64,000 nucleotides of DNA from Polyangiales bacterium (GCA_038230375.1 JBBRNJ010000047.1:1-64000), one strand, 5' to 3'; positions 27,209 through 38,349 are shown, counted from the first letter of the stretch. The notes: a model not told the origin generated them from the sequence alone. Program-made: numbers and translations.

Positions 27209-27469
27209 TCACGCGCGCTTGATGAGGCGCACGAGGCCGAGCAGGATGACGGCGCCGACGAACGAGACCACGATCGACCCGAGGATGCCTGCGCCGGAGA
27301 CGACGCCGAGCTTCGCGAACACCCACCCGCCGATCACTCCACCCACAAGGCCAACGATGATGTCGCCGATGATGCCCAATCCGCCGCCCCGCACGAGCTT
27401 GCTCGCGAGGAACCCCGCGACGAGGCCGACGACGAGGTAGATGACCAACGCCTCCGTTGACTCGTTCAT
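27209..27469 (-). CDS. GlsB/YeaQ/YmgE family stress-response membrane protein
   Basis: VVGLVAGFLASKLVRGGGLGIIGDIIVGLVGGVIGGW..VGAVILL. Confidence 0.9.
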   Translation of the reverse strand: MNESTEALVIYLVVGLVAGFLASKLVRGGGLGIIGDIIVGLVGGVIGGWVFAKLGVVSGAGILGSIVVSFVGAVILLGLVRLIKRA

Positions 27470-27740
27470 CGCGTCCTCACGATCGAACGCACGTCGTGCC
27501 TGCCGACGGAGCCAGCGACGATGCATGCGCGGAGAGTCATCTTCAGCGTGGTCGACATCCCTGACGCCGAAGCAGCAAGCGTGCCAGTGTGCGCGAGCCG
27601 GAAAGGCGCGTGAAGCCGCGTCGTCGAGGCAAAGGCACCGTGGCGTTTCAGCCCATGAGACGGAACGCACCGCAAGCAGGCCCGTCCTTCAGACGACTCC
27701 GAGGGCCGACACGAGGGTCCGGCGACTCCGTTAAGATGCC

Positions 27741-27772
27741 TTGACAGGCATATGCCGGTAAGGACATATACG
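27741..27772 (+). promoter_or_regulatory. Promoter/operator of the ArsR-SRPBCC operon
   Basis: TTGACA at 27741 followed by imperfect palindrome ATATGCC-GGTAA-GGACATAT just before the GTG start. Confidence 0.6.
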
Positions 27773-27776
27773 GGGG

Positions 27777-28118
27777 GTGAACGCAGCGTTTGCAGTCCTG
27801 GCGGAGCCGAATCGCTTTCGCATCGTCGAGCTTCTTCGCGGCGGTCCGCGGGCGGTGAACGATATCGGTGAGCGACTCGGCCTCAATCAACCGCAGGTGT
27901 CGAAGCATCTACGACTGCTGAAAGAGGCGGGCTTCGTGGACGTTCGGCCGCGCGCGCAGCAGCGGCTCTACGTGCTGCGCCCGGAGCCGCTCCGGGAAAT
28001 GCACGACTGGCTGGAGCGCTATCGCAAGCTCTGGGATGCGCGCTTCGAGGAACTGGACGGGCTCATCCTCGAGCTCAAGGCAAAGGAGAGAGGTCATGGA
28101 CGTCGAAAACGGAAATGA
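27777..28118 (+). CDS. ArsR/SmtB-family regulator
   Basis: FAVLAEPNRFRIVELL..VNDI..QPQVSKHLRLLKEAG. Confidence 0.93.
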   Translation: MNAAFAVLAEPNRFRIVELLRGGPRAVNDIGERLGLNQPQVSKHLRLLKEAGFVDVRPRAQQRLYVLRPEPLREMHDWLERYRKLWDARFEELDGLILELKAKERGHGRRKRK

Positions 28119-28605
28119 GATCGTGACGAAGAATCAGACCACCGTCGAACGTCGATCGGATCGCGAGCTTGTCGTGACGCGCACCTTCAACGCGCCTGCG
28201 AGGATCGTGTTCGACGCATGGACGAAGCCCGAGCTCGTGATGCGTTGGTGGGCGCCGCGGTCAGCGCCCATGAAGATGATCACGTGCGAGATCGATCTCC
28301 GGGTGGGCGGAAAATATCGCTACGTCTTCGAGATGGACGGCGGAGCGCAGCACGCGTTCTTTGGAACGTACCTGGAGGTCCTTCGCCCGACGCGCCTGGT
28401 GTCGACCGACGAGGAGCAGAATCCCACGGACGGTCAGGCCCTCACCACCACCACGTTCACCGAGAAAGCTGGAAAGACCACGGTGAGCATGCTGCAGCTC
28501 TTCGTGTCGAAAGAGGCACTCGACGAGGGCATCAAGTTCGGAGTGGACGTTGGGACGCGCGAGACCTTCGAGCAGCTCGAAGAGTTCCTGGCCACGACGA
28601 AGTAG
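28096..28605 (+). CDS. SRPBCC / Aha1-like (AHSA1) domain protein
   Basis: RELVVTRTFNAPARIVFDAWTKPELVMRWW, DLRVGGKYR; SD AGGAG. Confidence 0.92.
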   Translation: MDVENGNEIVTKNQTTVERRSDRELVVTRTFNAPARIVFDAWTKPELVMRWWAPRSAPMKMITCEIDLRVGGKYRYVFEMDGGAQHAFFGTYLEVLRPTRLVSTDEEQNPTDGQALTTTTFTEKAGKTTVSMLQLFVSKEALDEGIKFGVDVGTRETFEQLEEFLATTK

Positions 28606-28631
28606 AGCGGCGCCCAGGAGGGAGGAGGACC

Positions 28632-29501
28632 TCAGCCGGCGACGTGGAACTTCAGCACGCGCGTGAGGCTGGCTCCGTCGGTGAGCGTCAGAGTGGCGTC
28701 GCCTGCGCCCGTCAGGTGAATGCCAAGCTGTCCTCCCGAGACCGTGGGATCCATCGCGAGCACCCGGGAGTCGCTGAATTTGGCGCTGAGGGCCGCGCGT
28801 CCGCCGCCCACGACCAGCGCGCGCCCATCGGCGGCGAGAAGGTGGGGCGCGATCACGACGGTCTTGTCGGAGAGGCGCACCTGATAGACCTCGCTCGCGT
28901 CGGGAGCGAGCGCTGGTGATCCGGCCGCGCCCGAGGTCGCCTTGATGTCGATGGATGCTGGGGTCGCGACATCGAAGGAGAACTGTTCGAGCAGCTTGTC
29001 TCCATCCATCAGCTGCAGCGTGACGGTGCCGTCGTTCGCGGCGTCCACCGTCGCGGTCAAGGTGTTGTCGAACGTGGTCGAGCATGCCGTGGCGTTCGGA
29101 TCGCTGGTTTCCATCGTCGGATCGCACGGCATGTAGCTGCCGTAGGTCGGCCCCCCCTGCGAGGTCGACGTGGTGTCGGGCGCGCACGAGCACGACTCGT
29201 ACGAGCCATAGATCACCGCGCTCGCGTCTGCGACGCGCAACGACAACTCGCGATGCGGATCGACCTGTATATGCGCCGCGATCTGGACCGAGCCTGTGAT
29301 CGTGGGACCGCTGACGCCGCAAGGCCCGCCGAGCGAGTAGGTCGCGATGCCATTGGAGCCCACGGACTGACAGGCAGCGTTGGTGCCCGACTGCGACGCA
29401 GAGCTGGTTCCAGCGGTGCAGCCAGCCCCCGCGACGAGCGAGAAGACCGCAGCAACAGAAGCCAGCATCGAGAGAGAACGGGGGAAGGACATGGGTGTCA
29501 C
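28632..29501 (-). CDS. Hypothetical lipoprotein
   Basis: Signal ending AGAGC; Ig-like C-terminus (GAGDATLTLTDG); start may be 29492. Confidence 0.7.
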   Translation of the reverse strand: MTPMSFPRSLSMLASVAAVFSLVAGAGCTAGTSSASQSGTNAACQSVGSNGIATYSLGGPCGVSGPTITGSVQIAAHIQVDPHRELSLRVADASAVIYGSYESCSCAPDTTSTSQGGPTYGSYMPCDPTMETSDPNATACSTTFDNTLTATVDAANDGTVTLQLMDGDKLLEQFSFDVATPASIDIKATSGAAGSPALAPDASEVYQVRLSDKTVVIAPHLLAADGRALVVGGGRAALSAKFSDSRVLAMDPTVSGGQLGIHLTGAGDATLTLTDGASLTRVLKFHVAG

Positions 29502-29637
29502 GTGGACCTCGGCTGGTCATGGTGCAACCAGCGGTCCACACGCGGCCCCCGCCTCGAATGAGGAAAAAGCCAGCGATTGCGCGGAGAGCGAGGAGCCACT
29601 TTGTGCCGCGCGCGACACCAGCGCCGCTCCCTCGGAC

Positions 29638-30141
29638 TCACGTCGTACTGTCGAAGCGCTGCACGGGCCCGCGCCACCGCTCGTTGTCCCACTGCGCGTC
29701 GTCGAACCGTCCCGCGGTGTAGCGGGCGATTGCACGGCGCCAGAAGGCCGTCGCGTCTTGGTTCTCTGGCCTCTGGCGCACCTCCCACGATCCGCGAAAT
29801 CGATCGAAGAGAGACGCCGCTGCGCGCGCGCCGACGCCATGGCGCCGATATCGCCGCATGACGAAGAACTCGGCCATGTCGCGCACCCCCTCGTCACCGG
29901 TGAGCCGACTACGCTCCTGGACGAGCGCGAAGCCGGCGAGCTTCGCGTCCACCCGGATCAGGAATGGGTGATGTCCAGGGTCGCTCCAGTAAGCGTCGAG
30001 CGCGGGCAGCTTGAAGCGACCGTCCTCCGCGACATCGAGGTCCAGGATCTCGCTGAAGTCGTAACAATAGAGCTCGAAGAGGGCAGCCACACGCTCTCGC
30101 TCATCGGGCCCCGCTGCCTCTACCTGTACATCCACGCGCAC
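29638..30141 (-). CDS. GNAT-family N-acetyltransferase
   Basis: FELYCYDFSE, AEFFVMRRYRRHGVG, NQDATAFW. Confidence 0.9.
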   Translation of the reverse strand: MRVDVQVEAAGPDERERVAALFELYCYDFSEILDLDVAEDGRFKLPALDAYWSDPGHHPFLIRVDAKLAGFALVQERSRLTGDEGVRDMAEFFVMRRYRRHGVGARAAASLFDRFRGSWEVRQRPENQDATAFWRRAIARYTAGRFDDAQWDNERWRGPVQRFDSTT

Positions 30142-30190
30142 CTACCTGGGGCCGCACGCTAGCAGACCGCCCGGTGGTTCATTCCGTGAC

Positions 30191-31882
30191 CTACGTCTTC
30201 TGTGAATCGAGGACCTCGCGGACCTTGGTCGTGAGCGCGTGTGGAGTGATGGGCTTCTGCAGATATGCGATGTGCGCCTCGAGCACGCCGTGACGGACGA
30301 TGCTGTCATCCGTGTACCCGGACATGCACAATAGCTTCATGCCCGGTCGAGCACTCGACAACCGTTTGGCGAACTCGGGGCCGCTCACCTGGGGCATGAC
30401 GACATCTGTGAGCAAGAGGTGGATGACGCCGGGCTGCTTCTCGGACTGAATCAACGCCTCGCCAGCGCTCCGCGCTTCGATCACGAGATAGCCCTTCTTG
30501 CGAAGGATGGTTCGTGCCACCGCGCGCACCTGGTCGTCGTCCTCGACCAGAAGGATCGTCTCGGTGCCATCCGTGTCCGTGGAGGCGCCCGACACGCGGA
30601 CGGAGTCGACGGGTGCATCCACGCTCGGTAGGTAGACCTTGAACGTGGTTCCCTTGCCGGGCTCGCTGTACACCCAGACGCTGCCGCCGCTCTGCTGCAC
30701 GATGCCGAACACCGTGGAGAGCCCGAGGCCTGTGCCTTTGCCCCTCTCCTTCGTGGTGAAGAAGGGCTCGAAGATGCGTGCCTGCGTCTCCCTGTCGATG
30801 CCGACCCCCGTGTCCGTCACCGCCAGCATCACATGCGCCCCGGGCTTCACGCCCAGGTGTTGCTTCGCGAACTCGGCGTCCACGATGACATTCGCTGTCT
30901 CCAGCGTGAGCATGCCTCCGGTGGGCATGGCATCGCGCGCGTTCACGACGAGATTCATGATCACCTGCTCGAGGCTTCCGGGATCGATCCGAACCCTGCC
31001 GAGCGGGCTCCCCGGCAGCGAGACGAGATCTACGTCGGCCCCGAGGATGCGTTGGAGCATCTTGTCGATACCGGCGAGCACGTCATTCAGATCGAGGACC
31101 TTGGGTTCGACCACCTGCTGTCGGCTGAACATGAGCAGCTGCCGCGTGAGGTCGGCAGCCCGGACCCCGGCCTTGTAGATCTCCTCGACGGATTCCCGCA
31201 TGGGCTCACCCGGCGTGAGGTCGGCAAGGACCAGCTCTCCGTAGCTCAAGATGACGGACAGAAGGTTGTTGAAGTCGTGGGCGATGCCTCCCGCGAGCAT
31301 TCCAACGGCCTCCATCTTCTGGGCGTGCCTGAGCTGGCGCTCCATCTCTGTCAGCATCTTCTCGGCTCGCTCGCGGTTCGCAAGCTCGGCGCTCTGGCTG
31401 TGCGCGAAGGCGCTCTTGGTCTCCGCGAGCACGGTCTCGGTGATGTCCGTGCCCTTCCGTTCGGCAGAGAGCCGGTCGTCGGTGTCCTTCCGGAATGCTT
31501 CGTGACGCACTTGATGTTCTTCGTGCTCTCTTCGCTCCGTCTCGACGGCGGCATCCGCGTCATGACGTTCTCGGCCGAGCAGGGCGTCCGTGACCTCGCG
31601 TTCGGCCCTCTTGCTGTCGTCCGCGATGTGGCGCTCGTTGACCACCGCGCTGTCAGCCGATGGCAACTGGAATCGTTCGCGCTCGAGCGCTCTATCGGCG
31701 TCCTCACGGAACTTCAGCAGCTGCCCATGGGCTAGGGTCCGATCGTGCTTCTCCAGCTGATGGTCCTGCTGTAGAGCGCCGGCAGCCCGACCGGCGTCGC
31801 TATCGGTACTTGTCCGCTCCGCCTCGAGGCTCGCGTCGGTTTTCGCGCGGCTCTTGGCGACCTTCTTTCGAACCCGTTTCAT
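30191..31882 (-). CDS. Hybrid sensor histidine kinase/response regulator (soluble, coiled-coil N-terminus)
   Basis: [47 protein letters not shown]. Confidence 0.95.
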   Translation of the reverse strand: MKRVRKKVAKSRAKTDASLEAERTSTDSDAGRAAGALQQDHQLEKHDRTLAHGQLLKFREDADRALERERFQLPSADSAVVNERHIADDSKRAEREVTDALLGRERHDADAAVETERREHEEHQVRHEAFRKDTDDRLSAERKGTDITETVLAETKSAFAHSQSAELANRERAEKMLTEMERQLRHAQKMEAVGMLAGGIAHDFNNLLSVILSYGELVLADLTPGEPMRESVEEIYKAGVRAADLTRQLLMFSRQQVVEPKVLDLNDVLAGIDKMLQRILGADVDLVSLPGSPLGRVRIDPGSLEQVIMNLVVNARDAMPTGGMLTLETANVIVDAEFAKQHLGVKPGAHVMLAVTDTGVGIDRETQARIFEPFFTTKERGKGTGLGLSTVFGIVQQSGGSVWVYSEPGKGTTFKVYLPSVDAPVDSVRVSGASTDTDGTETILLVEDDDQVRAVARTILRKKGYLVIEARSAGEALIQSEKQPGVIHLLLTDVVMPQVSGPEFAKRLSSARPGMKLLCMSGYTDDSIVRHGVLEAHIAYLQKPITPHALTTKVREVLDSQKT

Positions 31883-32013
31883 ATGAGGCCCCCCCCAACG
31901 AGGACGACACTACCCGTATTGTTCACCCATCACCAGGCAGGCGTGATGTCGCTCCACGCATCGAGCGCCGCCACGACGCCGCCAGGCACACGTTCACCCA
32001 CGGCCATCGTCCG

Positions 32014-32391
32014 TTACGACCGAGCCGGCAGCGGGACGCCGACGAAGGTGAGAAGGAGGTGGATTCGCCCGTGGTCGTCGCACTCGCCGGTGTCGAGCGC
32101 GTCGGCGACAGGTGCGGTCGTCGTGCCTTCGACTTTTCCCGCGTAGCGAAAGAGGTGGCCCTGGATGTCGATCTTGCTGGCGAGGACGGCGCGGTCGCCC
32201 GGGCGCCGGGCCTGGAAGTCGGCGATCAGCGCGTCGAGCTCTGCGCGCCCGTTGATCCGTCTGCCGCCGGTTCGCATGAGCAGATCCTCTGCGCAGGCTT
32301 GTTCGATGAGCCGCAGTCGCTGCGCAGCGTCGTGCTCGTTCCACGCCGCGATGTACGAGTTGATGCTGGCCCGCACCTGCGCCGCGCTCAT
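32014..32391 (-). CDS. SnoaL-like / NTF2-fold protein
   Basis: YIAAWNEHDAAQRLRLI..GRAELDALIADF. Confidence 0.75.
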   Translation of the reverse strand: MSAAQVRASINSYIAAWNEHDAAQRLRLIEQACAEDLLMRTGGRRINGRAELDALIADFQARRPGDRAVLASKIDIQGHLFRYAGKVEGTTTAPVADALDTGECDDHGRIHLLLTFVGVPLPARS

Positions 32392-32523
32392 GGGCGAGAG
32401 TATCCCTTCCGTTCGCGTCCCCCGTCAACGACATGCTCGGTGCGAAGGACGAGTGCGGTTGCGGCTTGCTCCAGCGATTCCAGGCGCCTTGACGAACCGT
32501 GGGCCCGTGCAAAGCTGCCGCGC

Positions 32524-33672
32524 ATGACGGCAGGTCCCCAGGCACGTGATGGCTTCATGGACAGACTTGCGCAGGCGGGCGTCGCTGCGAGCTTCGAGAA
32601 GCTCACCTCGCAGAAGCTATCCATCATGAAGGAGGCCGAGCAGGCCGGCGCACGCGTCCTCTGCTCCTGGGAAGAAGGACAGTACGAGCACCGCGAGACA
32701 TCCGTGCGCTGGCAAGCGCTCACGCGCGGCGGGCTCGCCGTGTCCAGCAGGCAGATCTACGTGCTCGAGACCGCTGGCGTGCGCCACCTCTACGTGCAGC
32801 CGTTCTCTGGCGACGCGCGCTTGCCCGGCACACACCACTTCTGGATCCACGGCGCGCTGCGCACGCCCATGCTCTACGACGAGAGCACGAAGTCGTTCTT
32901 CAATGGCGACGACCACAACCTTGCAGGATGGCTCGGGACCCAGCCCATCGCGCAGGTGGTGCGCGAGATCGACTGGGAGTGGATGATCACCGGGCGCACG
33001 CGCGCGGTCGACCCCGTGGTGCTGCAGGTGCGCGCCGGTCGTGGCGTGGGGCACGTGGCCATCCGCGCGTTCGGCACGAGCGGCGCGCTGAACTCCAGCG
33101 GCCTGGGTCACCATCTGGTCGGCTTTCGGCTCATCCCGCGCATCATCCAGGCGCTGCTCGCATCCGTGGGTCCCGCGGGCGAAGAACAGGCGTTCTTTGC
33201 AGCGGCGGACGGCGCAGACACGTTCGGCGCGCTGCTCGCGGACGCGTTCCCGTTGCCCGCGCACGCCGCACCGCTTGATCTCTCGCAGGCGCTCAAGACG
33301 CTCCTCACCACCACGAACATCAGCACGCTCATCGCTGCGCCGATCCCGCCGAAGAAGGACGCGGGCGCACGCAAGGAGCTCCTGCCCCCGTGGCTCGCGG
33401 ATCACCCGATCCTCGCGCTGCAGGACAAGACCATCTTCGGCGGCGGCGGCCGCGGCGTGGCCTTCACGCCCACGCACGTCGCCGTCTGCACGGACGAGGG
33501 GCGCGCAGCCATCTCCTACTCGGACGTGAGCGGCGCGGGAGCCATGGTCGGCACCCTGGTGCTGCGATCGCGCGTGCATGGGGATTTCTCGCTCAGCGTG
33601 AGCTGCCCCGAGGCGCTCGCGGCCATGCTCAACGCGCAGCTACCCATGTCGATGCCGCCGCCGCCGACGTGA
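32524..33672 (+). CDS. Hypothetical protein
   Basis: Protein-like part of ORF 31660..33672 from MTAGPQ; C-terminal ILALQDKTIFGGGGRGVAFT domain. Confidence 0.75.
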   Translation: MTAGPQARDGFMDRLAQAGVAASFEKLTSQKLSIMKEAEQAGARVLCSWEEGQYEHRETSVRWQALTRGGLAVSSRQIYVLETAGVRHLYVQPFSGDARLPGTHHFWIHGALRTPMLYDESTKSFFNGDDHNLAGWLGTQPIAQVVREIDWEWMITGRTRAVDPVVLQVRAGRGVGHVAIRAFGTSGALNSSGLGHHLVGFRLIPRIIQALLASVGPAGEEQAFFAAADGADTFGALLADAFPLPAHAAPLDLSQALKTLLTTTNISTLIAAPIPPKKDAGARKELLPPWLADHPILALQDKTIFGGGGRGVAFTPTHVAVCTDEGRAAISYSDVSGAGAMVGTLVLRSRVHGDFSLSVSCPEALAAMLNAQLPMSMPPPPT

Positions 33673-33704
33673 CGCGGGTGCCAAGGACCTAGCCCGGACG
33701 ATGG

Positions 33705-35996
33705 ATGGGGGACTCTGGCCTGGCGAGGACGGCCGGTCTGGCTTCAGGGTCGGCGCGGAGGGCCGTTCTGGACGTCATGCGCCCGTTTCTGCGCGTTGCT
33801 CGCTTGGTCGACTCGATGACCCCACTGCGCCTGCGCGATGGCGACCCCAACGCTCTGCGCCGCGCCCGCATCATCCTGTGGATCTTGCTCGTCATGGAGC
33901 TGCAGGCGGCGGTGTTCATCGTCATCCACTGGGCGGTGGGAGCGCCCGCGGTCTCCATCGGGGTGCTCGTCGTGGCCGGGGTGGCTACGACGGTGCCACG
34001 GATGCTGCGCCGCTCGATCCACCTGGCGGCGCACTTCGAGGTCGCCTTGTTCGTCGCGGTCCTGGACGTGATCGCGTGGTACACCGGCGGCATCCACGCA
34101 CCATCGTTGCAGTGGACCGTCATCGCGCCCGTGATGGCCATGATGGTGAGCGGACGCCGCTCCGGTCTCGCGTGGCTCGGGATCGTGGGCGCCAACGTCC
34201 TCGTCTTCGCCTCGATGGCGGCTTCGGGCCGGACATGGGTGTCCGTGTTCACACCGAAGGCGGAGCTCATCGTCTCAGGCCTCGCCGTCGCGATGCTCGC
34301 CTCGGTCATCGTTGCGTTTGCATGGGTCTACGAGTCCGCGAACGCTGCGATGGTCATGACGATCGATCAGTCGAACCAGGACCTGCAGAAGGCGGCGAAT
34401 CGGCTCGAGGCCGCGCGTGACGTCGCGCTCGAGGCGACCCGCGCAAAATCCGAGTTCCTGGCCAACATGAGCCACGAGATACGCACACCGCTCAACGGCG
34501 TCATAGGCATGATCGAGCTCCTTTTCCTCACCAAGCTGAGCCAGGAGCAAGGTGAATACTGCCAGATCGCCCGCACGTCGGCCGAGGCGCTGCTGGGCGT
34601 GATCAGCGACATCCTCGACTTCTCGAAGATCGAGGCAGGGAAGATGGAGCTCGAGGCAGTCGACTTCGATCTCCGTGGTCTCGCGGAGGACGTCGCCGAC
34701 ATCGTCGCCACGAAGGCGCGGGAGAAGCGGGTCGAGCTGATTGTCTCGATCGAACCGGGCGTCCCGCGAATGGTGCGCGGGGATCCGTTGCGGGTGCGGC
34801 AGATGCTCCTCAACCTCGCGAGCAACGCCGTGAAGTTCACCGAGCACGGGGAGGTGGAGCTCAACGTCAGCATGGGCGTCAAAGCCGCCGAGGACGATGC
34901 GCCATGCACCATCGCCATACGCGACACCGGCCTCGGGATTCCACCTGAAGAGCTCGCCGGCCTCTTTCAGCCGTTCATGCAAGTGGACGTGTCCACGACG
35001 CGCCGTTTTGGCGGCACCGGGCTGGGCCTGGCGATCACGCGCGAGCTCGCCGTCCGCATGGGCGGCAAGGTGGCCGTGTCGAGCGTGCTCGGCGAAGGCT
35101 CCGTGTTCACGCTCCATCTTCCGCTCGTGCGCAGCGCGTCGCCACCTCCCAGCGAACCGGCCAGAGAGTCGCTGCGAGGCGTCACCGTCCTCCTGGTCGA
35201 CGACAACGGCACCAGCCGCACTGTCCTCTCTCGGATCCTGGAGCGCTGGGGCGCCGTCGTGATCGCCTGCGAGAGCGGCGAACAGGCGCTGCTCGAGCTC
35301 CGGACGTGTGCGTCCGCCGGCCGCCGTGTCGATATCGTGCTCTCGGACGACCAGATGCCAAACATGGACGGCAGTGAGCTCGCCTACCAGCTACGTCGCG
35401 AGGCGATGGGCGCGCCCATTCCCTTCGTTCTCGCCACGTCCACATCCCGCGTGGAGAAGCGCGACAGCACCATCGCCGCCGTCCTCCTGAAGCCGATCAA
35501 GGCCGCGCAGCTTCATCACGCGCTCAGCGTCAGCCTTGGCCTCACCGCCGTCACGTCGGCCGCCGAGAACACCGGCAAGGTGAGGGCACCCATACCGGTC
35601 GGTCTCCGCGTTCTCCTTGTCGAGGACAACGTCGTCAATCAACGGGTCATCCAGATACTGCTCGAGAAGGCGGGCGCCAAGGTGGAGATCGCAAAAGACG
35701 GCGCCGAGGGTGTGTTGCGGTACATCACCGGGCACTACGACCTCGTCCTGATGGACTGTCAGATGCCCGTGATGGACGGCTTCGAGGCGACGAGACAGAT
35801 CCGCGAAAGGGAGGCGCCCGGCACGCGCGTCCCGATCCTGGCGCTCACGGCGAACGCGTCCGAAGCCGATGGCGAGCGCTGTATTGCCGCGAGCATGGAC
35901 GCGCACCTCACCAAGCCCATTCGCCCCAGGGATCTGTACGCAGCCATCAACAAGTACGCGCGGGCTCGCGCGCCGGAAGTGCCGAGAGTCGCGTAG
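33705..35996 (+). CDS. Membrane hybrid histidine kinase with two receiver domains
   Basis: TM cluster; KSEFLANMSHEIRTPLNG, NAVKFT, GGTGLGL, VLLVDDN, VLLVEDN..LMDCQMP; start uncertain. Confidence 0.95.
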   Translation: MGDSGLARTAGLASGSARRAVLDVMRPFLRVARLVDSMTPLRLRDGDPNALRRARIILWILLVMELQAAVFIVIHWAVGAPAVSIGVLVVAGVATTVPRMLRRSIHLAAHFEVALFVAVLDVIAWYTGGIHAPSLQWTVIAPVMAMMVSGRRSGLAWLGIVGANVLVFASMAASGRTWVSVFTPKAELIVSGLAVAMLASVIVAFAWVYESANAAMVMTIDQSNQDLQKAANRLEAARDVALEATRAKSEFLANMSHEIRTPLNGVIGMIELLFLTKLSQEQGEYCQIARTSAEALLGVISDILDFSKIEAGKMELEAVDFDLRGLAEDVADIVATKAREKRVELIVSIEPGVPRMVRGDPLRVRQMLLNLASNAVKFTEHGEVELNVSMGVKAAEDDAPCTIAIRDTGLGIPPEELAGLFQPFMQVDVSTTRRFGGTGLGLAITRELAVRMGGKVAVSSVLGEGSVFTLHLPLVRSASPPPSEPARESLRGVTVLLVDDNGTSRTVLSRILERWGAVVIACESGEQALLELRTCASAGRRVDIVLSDDQMPNMDGSELAYQLRREAMGAPIPFVLATSTSRVEKRDSTIAAVLLKPIKAAQLHHALSVSLGLTAVTSAAENTGKVRAPIPVGLRVLLVEDNVVNQRVIQILLEKAGAKVEIAKDGAEGVLRYITGHYDLVLMDCQMPVMDGFEATRQIREREAPGTRVPILALTANASEADGERCIAASMDAHLTKPIRPRDLYAAINKYARARAPEVPRVA

Positions 35997-36044
35997 CCCG
36001 CTGCTCGTCTCGACCGCGTAGCCAACGACGAGCCAGGCACGAGC

Positions 36045-36435
36045 CTATGACGCCGGTACCCTGGGCAAGCCGAGGATGGCGCTCCACGGCACTCTGCGGA
36101 GCTCGTCGTCCTGGAGGACCCACGCCCAGAGATAGGCCTCTCCGCGGGACGACTTCGGCGCGACACCGTACGCGTCCAGCGGGTCGTCCTTGCGGAGCGC
36201 GAGGATCACGGGAGGCACGTAGGTGAGCTCATTCGTGGCCGGGTGGAAGACGACGAGCGCCGGCGTCTTTGGGTCCTCGGATCGGTTGAGCCCGATGAGC
36301 ACGCGACCATCCGGCGTGACGCGCGGCGGCTCTCCCGCCATCCAAGCGAGCTTCGCGCGCTGAGATGCAGCGTGGCGAACTCATCGTCGCGTCGTGCCTG
36401 GCCAGATCTGGCAAGTTCGCCGGGGAGGCGTTCAA
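36045..36435 (-). pseudogene. C-terminal fragment of unknown protein, frameshifted or truncated upstream
   Basis: KLAWMAGEPPRVTPDGRVLIG..RRVPWSAILGLPRVPAS* is protein-like, but the frame is closed by a TGA 13 codons upstream of the Met. Confidence 0.45.
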
Positions 36436-36682
36436 GTGGATCGTGCGGCGTGGGCGGCGCTGGGAGCGATGGTGCGGGAGCGCCTCCTAGCGCTCTGCCC
36501 GCCGTCGCGCAGTCGCCGCGCACACGTTCACGAGCGACCGCCTGACGATCGGCGAGTACACCGATACGGGAGCCGACGTCGCGCACAACGCTGCCACCGG
36601 AGGCGAAGACGCGCACTTGCGCGGGCGCGGGCACTCCACCAAGGCGCGGACGCCGGACGTCCGGCGTCCATGTGTCGATCGG

Positions 36683-36696
36683 ATTCAATCTTGAAT
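36683..36696. promoter_or_regulatory. Perfect palindrome ATTCAA-TC-TTGAAT, candidate operator
   Basis: AT-rich inverted repeat in a GC-rich background, ~100 nt upstream of 36794. Confidence 0.45.
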
Positions 36697-36793
36697 TAAA
36701 GGTAGTTCGTCTTCGTCGATCGCGAACAAGGCGGAAATTATCGCTCGGCGTGAGAGCTGGCTGTTTGGCTCGGCTTGAGACATGCTGAAACGC

Positions 36794-37546
36794 ATGAGCT
36801 CCGACGACAAATCATCAACCCTGACGAAACGCGCGGCGGGCGCCGAGCTGGCAAAGATCGAGGACAGCATCACGACGATGCTCCACCGCGCCGAGGCGCT
36901 CGCGTGGAAGATCGGTGGCCAGGTCGATCGCATCGCGACGGAGGGACTTCATCTCGCGAAGGGGTATGCCTCGCTCGACACGTATCTGGATGCTCGCTTC
37001 CCGCAGGGCAAGACGCAGCTGCGCGTGTATCGGCGCGTCGCCATTGCGTTCGAGGAAGCAAACGTGAAGAAGCACGGCGTCTCGAAGCTCGATGTCGGTC
37101 TCAGGTATCTCGAGGCCATCGGGAAGAGCGCGGAGCCGCGCCACTTGCTCACGCTGAACATCAAGGTGCCAACGGACGGAAAGCGCTTCGAGTCGATCCC
37201 GTTTCCACGGGCGACGTACACGGAGCTGCAGCGCGCGGTGTCGGCGGCGCGTCTTCGTCCGGAGCCAGAGGACGCGGCGACCGCGAAGGCTGCAAAGCGC
37301 GTGGAGGCCCTGCTTCAACTTGCCGTGGCCGCGCCGACGGGAACGTATCGACACGCGCCGCGCGTCCGTGTGCGGCCGAACCCGAACGGAAAGGGCGGTC
37401 TGCGCATCGACGTGCTGGGCATCGACGGTGACGACATGAAGCGCATCGGCGACGCACTGGCGGAAGCGCAGTTCGAGGCGGACGACGTGGTGGTGCCGAA
37501 GAAGTCGGACGCGGAGAAGCGAAAGACAAGACCAGGCGCGCATTGA
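36794..37546 (+). CDS. Hypothetical protein, DUF3102-like N-terminal helical domain
   Basis: AWKIG..IATEGLH..GYASLDTYL..RVAIAF..GVSKL pattern; family assignment from memory. Confidence 0.65.
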   Translation: MSSDDKSSTLTKRAAGAELAKIEDSITTMLHRAEALAWKIGGQVDRIATEGLHLAKGYASLDTYLDARFPQGKTQLRVYRRVAIAFEEANVKKHGVSKLDVGLRYLEAIGKSAEPRHLLTLNIKVPTDGKRFESIPFPRATYTELQRAVSAARLRPEPEDAATAKAAKRVEALLQLAVAAPTGTYRHAPRVRVRPNPNGKGGLRIDVLGIDGDDMKRIGDALAEAQFEADDVVVPKKSDAEKRKTRPGAH

Positions 37547-37624
37547 GGTCCGCCGCAGCCGACGGCGTCGTTGGACGTGCTCGAGTGTCCGCGCGTGAAT
37601 CGCCCCGGGTTTCCCAGAGACTGC

Positions 37625-38284
37625 CTAGCTAATTCTACTGCGGGAAGTTGCGTCTGCTGCTGCGAAATGCGCCAGCTGGTCTGCGTGGGCCTTCACGAAG
37701 GACGGGCGGGCCGTGGCGCGCGCGACGTACTCACGGCACGCGGCGTGCTCCGCAAGGCCCTCGAGCCGATGCACCAGGCGCAGCACGTCGGCCATGAGGA
37801 TGTCCGCGATGGAGAAGGAGCCCGCGAGCCATTCGCGTGCGGCGAGCACGGGCTCGAGGCGCTTCAGCCGGAGCGCGAGGAAGTCGTTCAGCCCCTTTCG
37901 CGCCGGCGAATCGTTGTCCTTGGAGAACACCAGGATGGACCACGGCAGGCTCGCCATCTCGACCGAATTGAGCGCTGCGAAGAGCCATTCCTTGGTGTCA
38001 CTGCGACCGCGCGGATCGGCCGGCATCAGCTTGGTGCTGCGCTCGCCCAGGTGCAGCAGGATCGCACCGCTCTCGAAGATCGACAGCTCTCCGTCGGTCA
38101 GCCACGGCACCTGGCCGAACGGCTGGTGCGCGAAGTGGTCCGCATTCCGATCACGAAAAGGCACGCTCGCGACGCGATACGGCAGCCCGGCTTCTTCGAG
38201 CGCCCAGCGCACGCGGAGATCACGCACGTGGCCCCGCGGCAGCTCGGGAACCCAATCGAAAGTGGTGAGAGTCAGGTCGTCCAT
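37625..38284 (-). CDS. Glutathione S-transferase family protein
   Basis: RDLRVRWALEEAGLPY, QPFGQVP, IFESGAILLHL, FSIADILM. Confidence 0.95.
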   Translation of the reverse strand: MDDLTLTTFDWVPELPRGHVRDLRVRWALEEAGLPYRVASVPFRDRNADHFAHQPFGQVPWLTDGELSIFESGAILLHLGERSTKLMPADPRGRSDTKEWLFAALNSVEMASLPWSILVFSKDNDSPARKGLNDFLALRLKRLEPVLAAREWLAGSFSIADILMADVLRLVHRLEGLAEHAACREYVARATARPSFVKAHADQLAHFAAADATSRSRIS

Positions 38285-38349
38285 GTCGGCGTCTCCATCA
38301 AAGGGCCCAGGCTACAACGCCGTGGTGCGATCGGATATCTTGCAGGCAC

